A stretch of 64,000 nt of DNA, taken from assembly GCA_003164895.1 (NCBI GenBank), contig PLUL01000055.1, positions 2,989-66,988 on the forward strand, read 5' to 3'. Below are positions 9,845 to 19,800 of the stretch, in pieces. The notes under the pieces are model-generated. The model saw only the letters and a program-made list of their open reading frames with translations, searched no databases and was not told where the DNA came from. Each line of letters begins with the position of its first letter. The stretch's first letter is position 1. A program made the position numbers and the translations under genes. This DNA comes from Bacteroidota bacterium. GTDB taxonomy: Bacteria; Bacteroidota; Bacteroidia; Palsa-948.

Positions 9845-10897
9845 ATGCAAAAGAAAAACATCCGCGCAATTCCAAAAGAAGAAATCACCAGTTTTTTTTT
9901 AGAAAATGGCGACAAAGCATTTCGTGCAAAACAAGTGTACGAATGGCTGTGGAAAAAATCTGCCCGCTCATTTGAGGAGATGACCAACATTCCGAAAGCA
10001 ACACGAGAATTACTAAACGAGAATTTTGCGATCAACGCGGTAACCATTGCCACCTCACAGATCAGTAAGGATAGAACCATAAAAAATGCTTTTCGCCTAC
10101 ACGATGGAAATATTGTTGAAGGAGTTCTAATCCCAACCGAAAGCAGAATGACTGCCTGCATTTCTTCTCAAGTGGGTTGCAGCTTGACCTGTGCTTTTTG
10201 TGCAACAGGAAAATTAGAAAGGTTGCGCAACTTAGATGCAGATGAAATGTACGACCAGGTTGCCATCATCAAAAAACAGGCGGAAGAAAAATACGGAATC
10301 TCACTTTCAAATATTGTTTATATGGGAATGGGAGAACCTTTGCTGAACTACAAAAATGTTCTGGAGTCGGTAGAAAAAATTACTTCTCCTGAAGGGTTGG
10401 GAATGTCACCGCAACGCATCACGATTTCCACAGCAGGAATTGCGAAGATGATAAAAAAATTAGGCGATGATAAAGTGAAATTCAATTTCGCTCTTTCTCT
10501 CCATGCTGCCAACGATGAAAAGAGAAATAAAATTATGCCCATCAATGAACAGAATTCTTTGGAAGCACTTGCTGATGCACTCAAATATTTTTACGAGAAG
10601 ACCGGAACGCGCGTAACCTACGAATACATCGTGTTCAAAGATTTCAACGATGATATTTCAGACGCAAAAGAACTGGAAACTTTCTGCCGAATCGTTCCCT
10701 GCAAAGTAAATATCATCGAATATAATCCCATCGGAGATTCTGAATATCACCAGACAACGGAACCGCGTTTGAAAAAATTTGTGAGCTATTTGGAAAGCAA
10801 AAATATTATTGTCAATGTTCGCAAGAGCAGGGGAAAAGATATTGACGCGGCTTGCGGGCAACTGGCGAACAAAAATAAAACTGCTATCAAGAAATAA
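9845..10897 (+). CDS. rlmN: Dual-specificity 23S rRNA/tRNA adenine-C2 methyltransferase (radical SAM).
   Basis: Contains FRAKQVYEWLWKK and the radical-SAM CxxxCxxC motif CSLTCAFCATG. The ORF-track start at 9668 is a GTG that overlaps the divergent amidohydrolase; I chose the ATG at 9845 (MQKKN...), about 26 aa before the conserved FRAKQ block, as in RlmN homologues. Confidence 0.88.
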   Translation: MQKKNIRAIPKEEITSFFLENGDKAFRAKQVYEWLWKKSARSFEEMTNIPKATRELLNENFAINAVTIATSQISKDRTIKNAFRLHDGNIVEGVLIPTESRMTACISSQVGCSLTCAFCATGKLERLRNLDADEMYDQVAIIKKQAEEKYGISLSNIVYMGMGEPLLNYKNVLESVEKITSPEGLGMSPQRITISTAGIAKMIKKLGDDKVKFNFALSLHAANDEKRNKIMPINEQNSLEALADALKYFYEKTGTRVTYEYIVFKDFNDDISDAKELETFCRIVPCKVNIIEYNPIGDSEYHQTTEPRLKKFVSYLESKNIIVNVRKSRGKDIDAACGQLANKNKTAIKK

Positions 10898-10918
10898 AAT
10901 CATTACTACATTTGAAGC

Positions 10919-11896
10919 ATGTCTGTTTCGGTTGAAAATATAAAAGCGCCTGTCCGTAAAGAGATGGAGGAATTTGAAATAAAATTTCGAGAATCCATGC
11001 GCAGTCATGTTCCGCTTCTCGATAAAATCATGCACTACATCGTAAAGCGTAAAGGAAAACAGTTACGACCGATGTTTGTTTTTCTTGCAGCAAAAACATG
11101 TGGTGAGATGAATGATTCCACATATCGTGCTGCATCGCTGATAGAATTGCTTCACACCGCCACGCTTGTCCATGATGATGTGGTGGATGATTCGCATATC
11201 CGCAGAGGATTTTTTTCGCTCAACGCTCTATGGAAAAATAAAATTGCCGTGCTGGTCGGCGACTATCTTCTCTCCAAAGGATTGTTATTGTCGGTGGATA
11301 ACAAGGATTACGAATTGCTCGGAATTGTTTCCAACGCAGTGAGAGAAATGAGTGAAGGAGAACTTTTGCAGATTGAAAAGGCAAGGCGATTAGATGTGGA
11401 TGAACCGATTTATTTTGAAATCATCCGCCAGAAAACTGCGGTGCTGATCGCATCGTGTTGTTCCTGCGGTGCGGCATCGGTGGGAAGCAATGCGGAAACA
11501 ATTGAGAAGATGAGATTGTTCGGAGAACAAACCGGAATTGCATTTCAAATCAAGGATGATCTTTTTGATTTTGGAACTGAAACCGACATTGGCAAACCGA
11601 CCGGTAATGACATCAAGGAAAAAAAATTTACGCTTCCATTAATTTATGCGCTGAACAACGCATCTTTTTTTGACAAAAGAAAAATAATCAACACAATAAA
11701 AAACAATCAGGATGATCCTGAAAAAATTGCAAAAGTGGTTGACTTCGTATTGAAGAGCGGTGGGATTGAATACGCAACGAAAAAAATGAATGAACACAAA
11801 GACAAAGCATTGCAGTTGCTTTCTTCATTTAAAGACAGCGAAGCTAAAAACGCGCTGGAGCAATTAGTGCTTTATACAATAGAAAGAAAAAAATAA
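10919..11896 (+). CDS. Long-chain polyprenyl diphosphate synthase (IspB-like octaprenyl/solanesyl-PP synthase).
   Basis: First DDxxD motif LVHDDVVDD and second motif FQIKDDLFDFG. Length 325 aa. Confidence 0.82.
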   Translation: MSVSVENIKAPVRKEMEEFEIKFRESMRSHVPLLDKIMHYIVKRKGKQLRPMFVFLAAKTCGEMNDSTYRAASLIELLHTATLVHDDVVDDSHIRRGFFSLNALWKNKIAVLVGDYLLSKGLLLSVDNKDYELLGIVSNAVREMSEGELLQIEKARRLDVDEPIYFEIIRQKTAVLIASCCSCGAASVGSNAETIEKMRLFGEQTGIAFQIKDDLFDFGTETDIGKPTGNDIKEKKFTLPLIYALNNASFFDKRKIINTIKNNQDDPEKIAKVVDFVLKSGGIEYATKKMNEHKDKALQLLSSFKDSEAKNALEQLVLYTIERKK

Positions 11897-11901
11897 ACTG
11901 T

Positions 11902-12348
11902 ATGAAAACAAAATTTATTTTATTATCGCTTATAGCTTACGGCTTATGCCTTGTCTCTTGTTCATCAGGCACAAAAGACAAAGAAAAAACAAGCAACGTT
12001 GATACTTCCATGCGTGGGCTTACCGGCGTGATAGAAAAAAATCCTCCGGTGCAGCAGGGAGATTATATTACAAAATATCCCAGCGGAGTTGTAAAGATGA
12101 GAGGTTTTTATGTGAACGGTAAACGCAACGGGCAATGGATAAGTTTTTTTGAGAATGGAAATATGCAGAGTGAAGGATTTTTTAAAGACGGGCTACGTGA
12201 CGGCAAAGCAACTGTATATTACGAAAACGGAAAAATTTATTACGAAGGCGCTTACAAAGACGGCAAGGAAGTTGGCAAATGGATTTTTTATAATGTGGAA
12301 GGAAAAAAAATAAATGAAAAAGATTATGATGTGAAACCGAATTCATAA
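11902..12348 (+). CDS. MORN-repeat (YwqK-like) lipoprotein.
   Basis: Lipoprotein signal LLSLIAYGLCLVSCSS, followed by repeated YENGKIYYEGAYKDGKEVGKW-type MORN-variant repeats. Confidence 0.6.
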   Translation: MKTKFILLSLIAYGLCLVSCSSGTKDKEKTSNVDTSMRGLTGVIEKNPPVQQGDYITKYPSGVVKMRGFYVNGKRNGQWISFFENGNMQSEGFFKDGLRDGKATVYYENGKIYYEGAYKDGKEVGKWIFYNVEGKKINEKDYDVKPNS

Positions 12349-12496
12349 TTGAAATAAAATAAGGTAATGAAGTTTTTTCAGAAAATTGTTTGTTTTGTAA
12401 TAATTAGTTTTACTTTTGCCTAGAAATATTTAAAATCATAAAATGGACCCTGGTTCGAGTTGCAAGAAATTATTAATCTAACCCACTGCATCGGAC

Positions 12497-12537
12497 GGCT
12501 TTTGCTTTCCCTTGTTTTAAGGGGTAAAACGCAAAAG
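12497..12537 (+). promoter_or_regulatory. Nested stem-loop in the 5' leader that ends 3 nt before the porin start codon.
   Basis: The outer stem CTTTTGC (12499-12505) pairs with GCAAAAG (12531-12537). The inner stem CCCTT (12509-12513) pairs with AAGGG (12519-12523). The start ATG is at 12540. Confidence 0.35.
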
Positions 12538-12539
12538 TC

Positions 12540-14060
12540 ATGGAAAGGAAAAAAATCCATCAGGCACAACAAGCAATCGTTTTTTCGGCATTGCTTTTCA
12601 CTTCCATTAAAGTTAAGAGTGAGCCGAGGGATACAACCGAAATACCAAGCTTTTCTTTTTATTCACAATCAACTTATTCTGATCAGCAAAAATTATTTTT
12701 GAAGCCACTTAATTCTGATTTAAGTCAAAATAAAAAAAATATTCCAAAGTTCAATTTCATCGCCAACGATGAGTTAGGAAAAGATTCTGTTGCAAAGTGG
12801 ACATTGCATATTCAGGTTTCAACAGTTTATCAATATCATCCGGCTTTTGAGGTTCCTTATTCTGGAGCAAAAAGTTTAAGTAATTCGGCAGATAATGCTT
12901 TATCTATTACGCACACAATTTTTCTTGGTAGAAAACTGTGGAAGAATGCTGCCTTTTATTTTAATCCTGAATTGACCGGAGGAAATGGTTTTAACGGAGC
13001 AACCGGAATTGCCGGATTTCCGAATGGCGAAATTTATCGCGTGGGAAATCCAACGCCAACGCCATTTGTCGCTCGAGCATTTTTTCAGCAAATTATTTCT
13101 TTAGGAAATTCAGAGATTGAAAATTTGTCAAGCGACATTAATCAACTTAAAGGGAAAAAGCCAACTTCAAGAATTGTAATTTCTATTGGTAAATTTTGTT
13201 TGGCAGATTTTTTTGATGCAAATTCGTATAATCACGATGCGCGCACACAATTTTTAAATTGGTCGTTGATGGCGCATGGAGCGTGGGATTTTCCGGCAGA
13301 CACCCGCGGATATACCGAAGGCGGAGTTATAGAATTAATCAAACCGATGTGGTCAATACGCGCATCGTCCGTAGCTGTCCCCAATCAGGCAAATCATTTG
13401 CCGATGGAATATAGTTTGAATTCTTCCACCCGCGCACATTCCGAAACGATTGAGTACGAAAGAAAATGGAAGTTGAAAAATCACCCGGGCACGATACGTG
13501 GAACTTTATTTGCAACTTTTTGCAGAGCGCCAAAATATACGGATGCAATTAATCAGATGGCAAAAGGAGACAGCATTTTGGAAAAAATAATTTCAAGCGA
13601 AGTGGAAGGAACAACTTTCACCGGAAAAAAATATGGTTATGGAATTAATATCGAACAGGAAATAATAGCAGGTGTTGGAATATTTTCAAGATGGAGTTGG
13701 AACGATGGACATTATGCTACTTGGGCTTTTACCGATATTGACCGTAGTTTGCAATTAGGATTTACCATTCACGGAAATTATTGGAAACGCGCTGCTGATT
13801 TATTTGGAATTGCAGGAGTGGTGAATGGCTTATCTCCAGACCACATTGATTACTTGAAGGCAGGCGGAATTGGTGTTATCGTTGGTGATGGAAAATTAAA
13901 TTATGGATATGAATATATTATGGAAACGTTTTACCGAATTCAGCTTGCACAATCAGTGCAGGTTTCACCTGATTATCAGTTGGTGGTAAATCCTGCTTAT
14001 AATAAAGATAGAAAAGGTCCGGTTAACATATATGGAATCCGAATTCATGTTGGATTCTGA
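12540..14060 (+). CDS. Putative outer-membrane beta-barrel porin (OprB/carbohydrate-porin-like) encoded immediately upstream of mgtA.
   Basis: Signal peptide, 506 aa, glycine/aromatic-rich alternating segments, and a C-terminal ...IYGIRIHVGF ending in Phe, the typical outer-membrane-protein signature. The family assignment itself is tentative. Confidence 0.55.
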   Translation: MERKKIHQAQQAIVFSALLFTSIKVKSEPRDTTEIPSFSFYSQSTYSDQQKLFLKPLNSDLSQNKKNIPKFNFIANDELGKDSVAKWTLHIQVSTVYQYHPAFEVPYSGAKSLSNSADNALSITHTIFLGRKLWKNAAFYFNPELTGGNGFNGATGIAGFPNGEIYRVGNPTPTPFVARAFFQQIISLGNSEIENLSSDINQLKGKKPTSRIVISIGKFCLADFFDANSYNHDARTQFLNWSLMAHGAWDFPADTRGYTEGGVIELIKPMWSIRASSVAVPNQANHLPMEYSLNSSTRAHSETIEYERKWKLKNHPGTIRGTLFATFCRAPKYTDAINQMAKGDSILEKIISSEVEGTTFTGKKYGYGINIEQEIIAGVGIFSRWSWNDGHYATWAFTDIDRSLQLGFTIHGNYWKRAADLFGIAGVVNGLSPDHIDYLKAGGIGVIVGDGKLNYGYEYIMETFYRIQLAQSVQVSPDYQLVVNPAYNKDRKGPVNIYGIRIHVGF

Positions 14061-14090
14061 AAAATAAAAATCATAAAATAAAATCAGATT

Positions 14091-16808
14091 ATGATTACCA
14101 CAAAAATAAAAGAACAGCTAAAAAGTAAAAATCCTTTTTCCAAATCAGGAACAAACGGATTTGATGAAGCCGCAGGAAATAAGCTTCGCGAAATTGCCCG
14201 AAGCGAAAGCAGTGCATTTTTTTCAACGCTAGACAGCAGTATGGATGGGCTTACAATAAATCAAGTTGAAGAAAAACAAAATCAATTCGGGAAAAATGAA
14301 ATTCAACATGAAAAACCGCCTTCATGGTTCAATCAATTATTACATGCGTTTATTTTTCCTTTCAATGCAGTGCTGATTATCATCGCTTCTATTTCATTTC
14401 TGACAGATGTGTTATTTGCAAAACCTGAGGATAGAGATTTTAAAACAATCATTTTACTTTCTCTTATGATTTTGCTTAGCTCTTTGATTCGGTTTTGGCA
14501 GGAATTCAAAAGCAACAAAGCTGCAGAGACATTAAAGGGAATGATTAAAACCACTGCAACTGTTTTGCGGAAAGAAACCGGTAAACAGGAAATTGATATC
14601 AGAGAATTAGTGCCGGGAGATATTATTTTTCTTTCTGCCGGAGATATGATACCGGCTGATTGCCGTGTCATTCAATCGAAAGATTTATTCATCAGCCAAT
14701 CCATGCTCACCGGAGAATCCTTGCCTGTTGAAAAAAGAAATATTGTTATTACGGACAGCGATAAGAAATTACCTCTTGAATTGGATAATATTTGTTTCAT
14801 GGGAACAAATGTGGCAAGCGGCACTGCCATGGCGATTGTAGTTGTTACAGGAGATAAAACTTATTTCGGTTCATTGAGTAAAGCCATCACCGGCAAAGGT
14901 CAAACTATTGAAACCAGTTTTGATAAAGGCGTAAAAAGTGTAAGTTTTTTGCTTATCCGTTTCATGTTAGTTATGGTGCCATTGGTGTTTCTGATAAATG
15001 GTTTTACCAAAGGCACTTGGCTCGAAGCATTGATTTTCGCTATTACAGTTGCTGTGGGGTTAACTCCCGAAATGCTGCCCATGATTGTTACCACCAATCT
15101 TGCAAAAGGTGCGGTGAATATGAGCAAACGAAAAGTGATTGTGAAACGCCTAAATGCAATTCAGAATATTGGTGCGATGGATATTCTTTGCACAGATAAA
15201 ACCGGAACATTGACAATGGACAAAATTGTTTTGGAAAGACATTTGAATGTTTTGGGAGATGAAGACGATGAGGTTTTGAAATGGGCGTATCTAAATAGTT
15301 TCCACCAAACCGGATTAAAGAATTTATTGGACTTATCGGTATTGGAACATGCAGAAGTGCGCAACTGTATAAAAGCAGATGAACATTATCAAAAAGTGGA
15401 TGAGATACCATTTGATTTTCAACGCAGAAGAATGTCGGTGATACTGAAACAAAGCAACGGCAAACATTTGCTTATCTGCAAAGGTGCGGTGGAAGAAATG
15501 CTGAATGTGTGTTCTCATGCTTTTGACCCTGGAGACGACAAAGAATTACATATTGAATTAGATAAAATTGTTCCGATTGATTCTGAAGTTCGGGAAATTA
15601 TTTTAAACACTTCCAAGAAATTAAATGAAGATGGATTACGCGTTTTATTGGTTGCGATAAAGGAATATGATGAGCGTTCACTTACCTATTCAATTGCCGA
15701 TGAAAGTAATATGGTGCTCACAGGTTTTATCGGATTCCTTGATCCGGCAAAACCTTCGGCAAAACCTGCCATTGAAGAGCTTCAAAAATTAGGTGTCAGC
15801 ATTAAAATTTTAACCGGAGATAATGAAATTGTTACCAGAAAAATTTGCCGTGATGTGGGAATGCCTGTCAACAATGTTTTGTTAGGCAGAGAAGTTGAGA
15901 AAATGAATGATGATGAGTTGACGGAAAAATTAGAATCAACAAACATACTTGCCAAACTCAATCCAATTCAAAAATCCCGCATCGTAAAATTATTGCAGGC
16001 AAAAGGACATACCGTTGGATTTATGGGTGATGGTATTAACGATGCAGCCGCGTTGCACGATGCCGATGTAGGTATTTCGGTTGACACCGCTGTGGACATT
16101 GCTAAAGAAAGTGCAGATATTATTTTACTTGAAAATGATTTAATGGTGCTTCGCAAAGGCGTGATTTACGGACGCAGAACTTTTGGCAACATTATCAAAT
16201 ATATTAAGATGACTGCCAGCAGCAATTTCGGAAATATGTTCAGTGTGTTGGGAGCAAGTGCATTTCTTCCGTTTCTGCCGATGTTACCCATTCATATTCT
16301 GGTGCAAAATCTTTTGTACGATATTTCGCAAATCTCAATTCCTTGGGATAAAATGGATAAAGAATTTATTGAGAAGCCGCAAAAATGGGATACCGCAGGC
16401 ATTACACGTTTTATGTTTTTTATTGGACCCATCAGTTCGATTTTTGATTATGCAACTTTCGCATTAATGTTTTTCTTTTTCAAAGCAAATTTACCGGAAC
16501 ACCAAAGTTTATTTCAATCGGGTTGGTTCATCGAAGGATTATTATCGCAAACACTCATCGTGCACATGATACGCACGAGAAAAATTCCTTTCATACAAAG
16601 TTGGGCGGCAACACCTGTGGTGGCTCTGACTTCATTGGTTATGGCAATCGGAATTTTTATTCCGTTTTCTCCGTTTGCATCGGCATTAAAATTACAAGCA
16701 TTGCCATTAAGTTATTTTCCGTTCCTGATAATAATATTAGTCAGCTATTGCGTGCTTACACAAATCGTAAAAAATTGGTACATAAAAAAATTCAGTAAAT
16801 GGTTATAA
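14091..16808 (+). CDS. mgtA: Magnesium-translocating P-type ATPase.
   Basis: 905 aa; phosphorylation motif ICTDKTGTLT, hinge motif GDGINDA and 10 predicted TM segments. Overall similarity to the MgtA/MgtB class. Confidence 0.88.
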   Translation: MITTKIKEQLKSKNPFSKSGTNGFDEAAGNKLREIARSESSAFFSTLDSSMDGLTINQVEEKQNQFGKNEIQHEKPPSWFNQLLHAFIFPFNAVLIIIASISFLTDVLFAKPEDRDFKTIILLSLMILLSSLIRFWQEFKSNKAAETLKGMIKTTATVLRKETGKQEIDIRELVPGDIIFLSAGDMIPADCRVIQSKDLFISQSMLTGESLPVEKRNIVITDSDKKLPLELDNICFMGTNVASGTAMAIVVVTGDKTYFGSLSKAITGKGQTIETSFDKGVKSVSFLLIRFMLVMVPLVFLINGFTKGTWLEALIFAITVAVGLTPEMLPMIVTTNLAKGAVNMSKRKVIVKRLNAIQNIGAMDILCTDKTGTLTMDKIVLERHLNVLGDEDDEVLKWAYLNSFHQTGLKNLLDLSVLEHAEVRNCIKADEHYQKVDEIPFDFQRRRMSVILKQSNGKHLLICKGAVEEMLNVCSHAFDPGDDKELHIELDKIVPIDSEVREIILNTSKKLNEDGLRVLLVAIKEYDERSLTYSIADESNMVLTGFIGFLDPAKPSAKPAIEELQKLGVSIKILTGDNEIVTRKICRDVGMPVNNVLLGREVEKMNDDELTEKLESTNILAKLNPIQKSRIVKLLQAKGHTVGFMGDGINDAAALHDADVGISVDTAVDIAKESADIILLENDLMVLRKGVIYGRRTFGNIIKYIKMTASSNFGNMFSVLGASAFLPFLPMLPIHILVQNLLYDISQISIPWDKMDKEFIEKPQKWDTAGITRFMFFIGPISSIFDYATFALMFFFFKANLPEHQSLFQSGWFIEGLLSQTLIVHMIRTRKIPFIQSWAATPVVALTSLVMAIGIFIPFSPFASALKLQALPLSYFPFLIIILVSYCVLTQIVKNWYIKKFSKWL

Positions 16809-16819
16809 AGAAACTGCGG

Positions 16820-19800
16820 TTACCGTATCAAATACATTTTTCCAAAGCCCTGCGTAAAAAAGGAATCAGCGTTGCTGTCGAAATGGTCGAGAGATTTTCC
16901 GTTTAGCTGAGTAACCACTCGGTAAAGATAAACTCCAATTGCCAGCCGATCGCCAAACATATCTTTTCCGTCCCAGGCATAATCGGTAATATTTTTTCCG
17001 ATGTGAAGCGGACCCATTTCAAATTTGTCAATCTCCTTAACAATTTTTCCGGTGATGGTCATGATTTGTATCTTGAAATAATCCGGCACAGCCGATCCTG
17101 TGAGCGTGAATACAAATCGGGTGGAAGTAGAAAACGGATTCGGATAATTCAGCACATTGGTTATACTTGGCTTATTAATTACTTCAAACGATATTTGATA
17201 GGTGTTGCTTCCCGAAACATTTCCGCTGCGGTCTTTTGCCTGAACTTGTAATTGATAGGTGCCGTCAACCGTAAGGGCAGGCAAGTAAATTATTTTGCAG
17301 CTATTCTTTGGAAGAACTGCCGGCTGAAATGTAAGTTGGCTGGTGCTGTTAAACTGAAGCGTATCATACGTGCTTTTGTTTGGTCGCTTGAGATAAATAT
17401 TAAATGCCGAAGGATCGTTCAACGCAAGAAAAGTATTTTCATCCTTTACGGTAATAAGAATATCCGGTTTTGCCGAAACAATATCTCCGTTCATAATGTG
17501 CACACCATCAAATGTAACATCCAGCAAGGGATTTATTTTATCCACGTTGAGAGTGAACGGAACTGTGCCGATATTATTAAAATGATATTCCTCCGGCTGA
17601 TGATGAGAGTTGGAGTTATATCCATTTGCTTCAATCCAAACGCTGTTTACTCCTTGGGGCAGACTTGTTGTAACAAACGTTGTAGTTGCAATTGCAAAGC
17701 TGTCAACAAGTAATGGTTTGGAAAATTTGACGAGTTGTTTTGATATGTGGGGAGATGGAGGAGATGGAAATGTATGTCTGTTTGCATCCAGTATCCAGCT
17801 ATCAAACCACAAACTGTCCACCGTATAATCTCCAATGTTTTCAACTGCTATGCTCAACTTCACGCTGTCGCCTTGCTGAAGAGTGGGATTATGGAATGAA
17901 TAATGTTTTACAGGATTGAGCGAAACTTCAGGCACACCAACGTAATACAACTGCCATTTTTTGAGTTGAGGTGGTGTTTTCTTTGTTCTGTCTTTGGCAT
18001 ATCCAAGCAATTGTAAGTTGGGAAAGGAGTCGGCATTTATAGTAGTGTTAAGCCCATATATATCCCAAGTATTTTTTGTGATGTTTCTCATCAGCGTATC
18101 TGTAGTTCCGTTATTTCTAATACCAACTATAGAAACGGTCATGGTGTCGTATGCATCAGAAAGATATTTCCAGTGAAAAGAATTCCATTTGGAAGCAGGA
18201 CCTACTGTTTCCGAAAAAATTATTCCATTGGATCTTCTCACACCAAAAGTATCGGATAGAACAATCATAGAAGTATCGCTGCCGGCAATTTTTTCAATTG
18301 CATGACCACATTTCCTTCCAATGAGAATATACGGCAAATTATTTTGAATGTTTGGAAACTGTGTTCCACCTATTGATTGAAACGCTTGAACAAGTCCCGG
18401 ATTTGTATTCGGGCTATTACCTCCAAGCAAATCTCCCAGATTATTATTATCGCAGGTATATAAAATCACTTTACTTCCGCAGGGAATAGTATCCTGCAAA
18501 AAACGTCTGAGTATTTCTTGTTCAGCGGGAGTCCCTGTTTTAAAAAAGAATGATTTTATTGGCGGAGACAATGGTCCAATGAAATAACTTCCGTAATCTC
18601 CATTGCCAGAGTTCGACCAAACGTTGCCAGTAATAGGATCTATTACTGAAACTAATACATGAGTGGGCGTAGGATTAATTGCGCAAAGATAAGACCAATA
18701 GTTTAAAGCTATATTATCTTCAGAAAACGATATCAGGAAACCTAAATTATTACCCCGACCTTTTTTTGTGAAGTTAAGAGTGCTTACAGTAATGTTATGA
18801 TTTTGTTTTGCAAAATCAAATCTTCTTTGAAGTCGGTTTGTATCTATGTATTGAAAATAATCTCCTTTCAGGAATTGGAAAAAATGCGACTGTCCCCATC
18901 CTCGTTGATTAGGAATGTATTCAAATGAACTTTCTCTCCAGCGATAATGCTGATAATCGCTTGTGTCCCTTCTCACCCTCCAGTAATATACAGTGCTGTC
19001 TCTCAATGGATAATGAACCGGAGCCCATTTCACTACCGAACCTGATTGTTTGACTGTTTGAGTTCTCAGTAACGGGCTGTTGAACTTGTCGGTGGTATCA
19101 ATTTGAAAACTATAGGTGGCAATAGCAGCAAAGGGATTTGCCGTATTTGCTTTCAGCGTAACATTGTTGTTGGGAATAATTGCATACTTATATGGATAAA
19201 CCGGAATAATATCTCCCGAATAAATCATGAGCGATACATCATTTTGAGAAATACTATTATTCTGATATTGAATTTCAGGAATAACATTTCCAGAATCAAC
19301 ATAAACTGAAAAATTATTTAAACCCGGACCATGCACCGGATCAACAGGCATCGGTATGTGAAGGGTGTCTTTATAATAAATATGAGAAAGCGTTTGCGAA
19401 ACGCTGGAGGTGGTTCCATCCGGAAAAAATCTTTTCACAACTGTTTTTACAGGATGATTTATTGCTTTTCCAAGATTGGTAACGATAACATTTACCATAA
19501 AACTTTGTTGATATGTGGAAACATACGAAGGAGTAAAATACACGGATGAAGAAGTTACTGAATAATCGGGTAATTTGCTGGAGTGAATAATAACCGAAGG
19601 ATCTCCTTCCAATGTCATTTCAAGAACAGTGGCATTCATTAAATTGGTTCCAGTTGGATTATTTGCATTTCCTTCTACATTTTTGAAAGCCGTTTGAATT
19701 TGTTTTCCTACGGATTTTCCGTATAACCAGTTTCCTATTTCATGATGCAAATCGGTAAGAAGTTGTTCTCCTTCTGGCACCGTTCCAAGTCCTGCGTCAG

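Noticed and set aside
12440-12480. A tRNA-like GGTTCGAGT (T-loop-like) string.
   Set aside because: There is no acceptor stem or cloverleaf, no CCA-adjacent context, and the surrounding sequence cannot fold into a tRNA.
12460-12702. An 80-aa ORF overlapping the leader and the start of the porin gene.
   Set aside because: It is out of frame with the porin and has no signal or motif. The region is better explained as a 5' leader plus the porin signal peptide.
17252-17713. A 153-aa ORF antisense to the PorU-like gene, and several similar 60-110-aa ORFs inside large genes (e.g. 26932-27348 in lepA, 48265-48714 in rpsB, 48755-49234 in tsf, 4306-4551 in pheT).
   Set aside because: They lie entirely inside and antisense to strongly supported conserved CDSs. 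They have low-complexity composition and no recognisable motifs. This is typical of spurious ORFs in AT-rich DNA.
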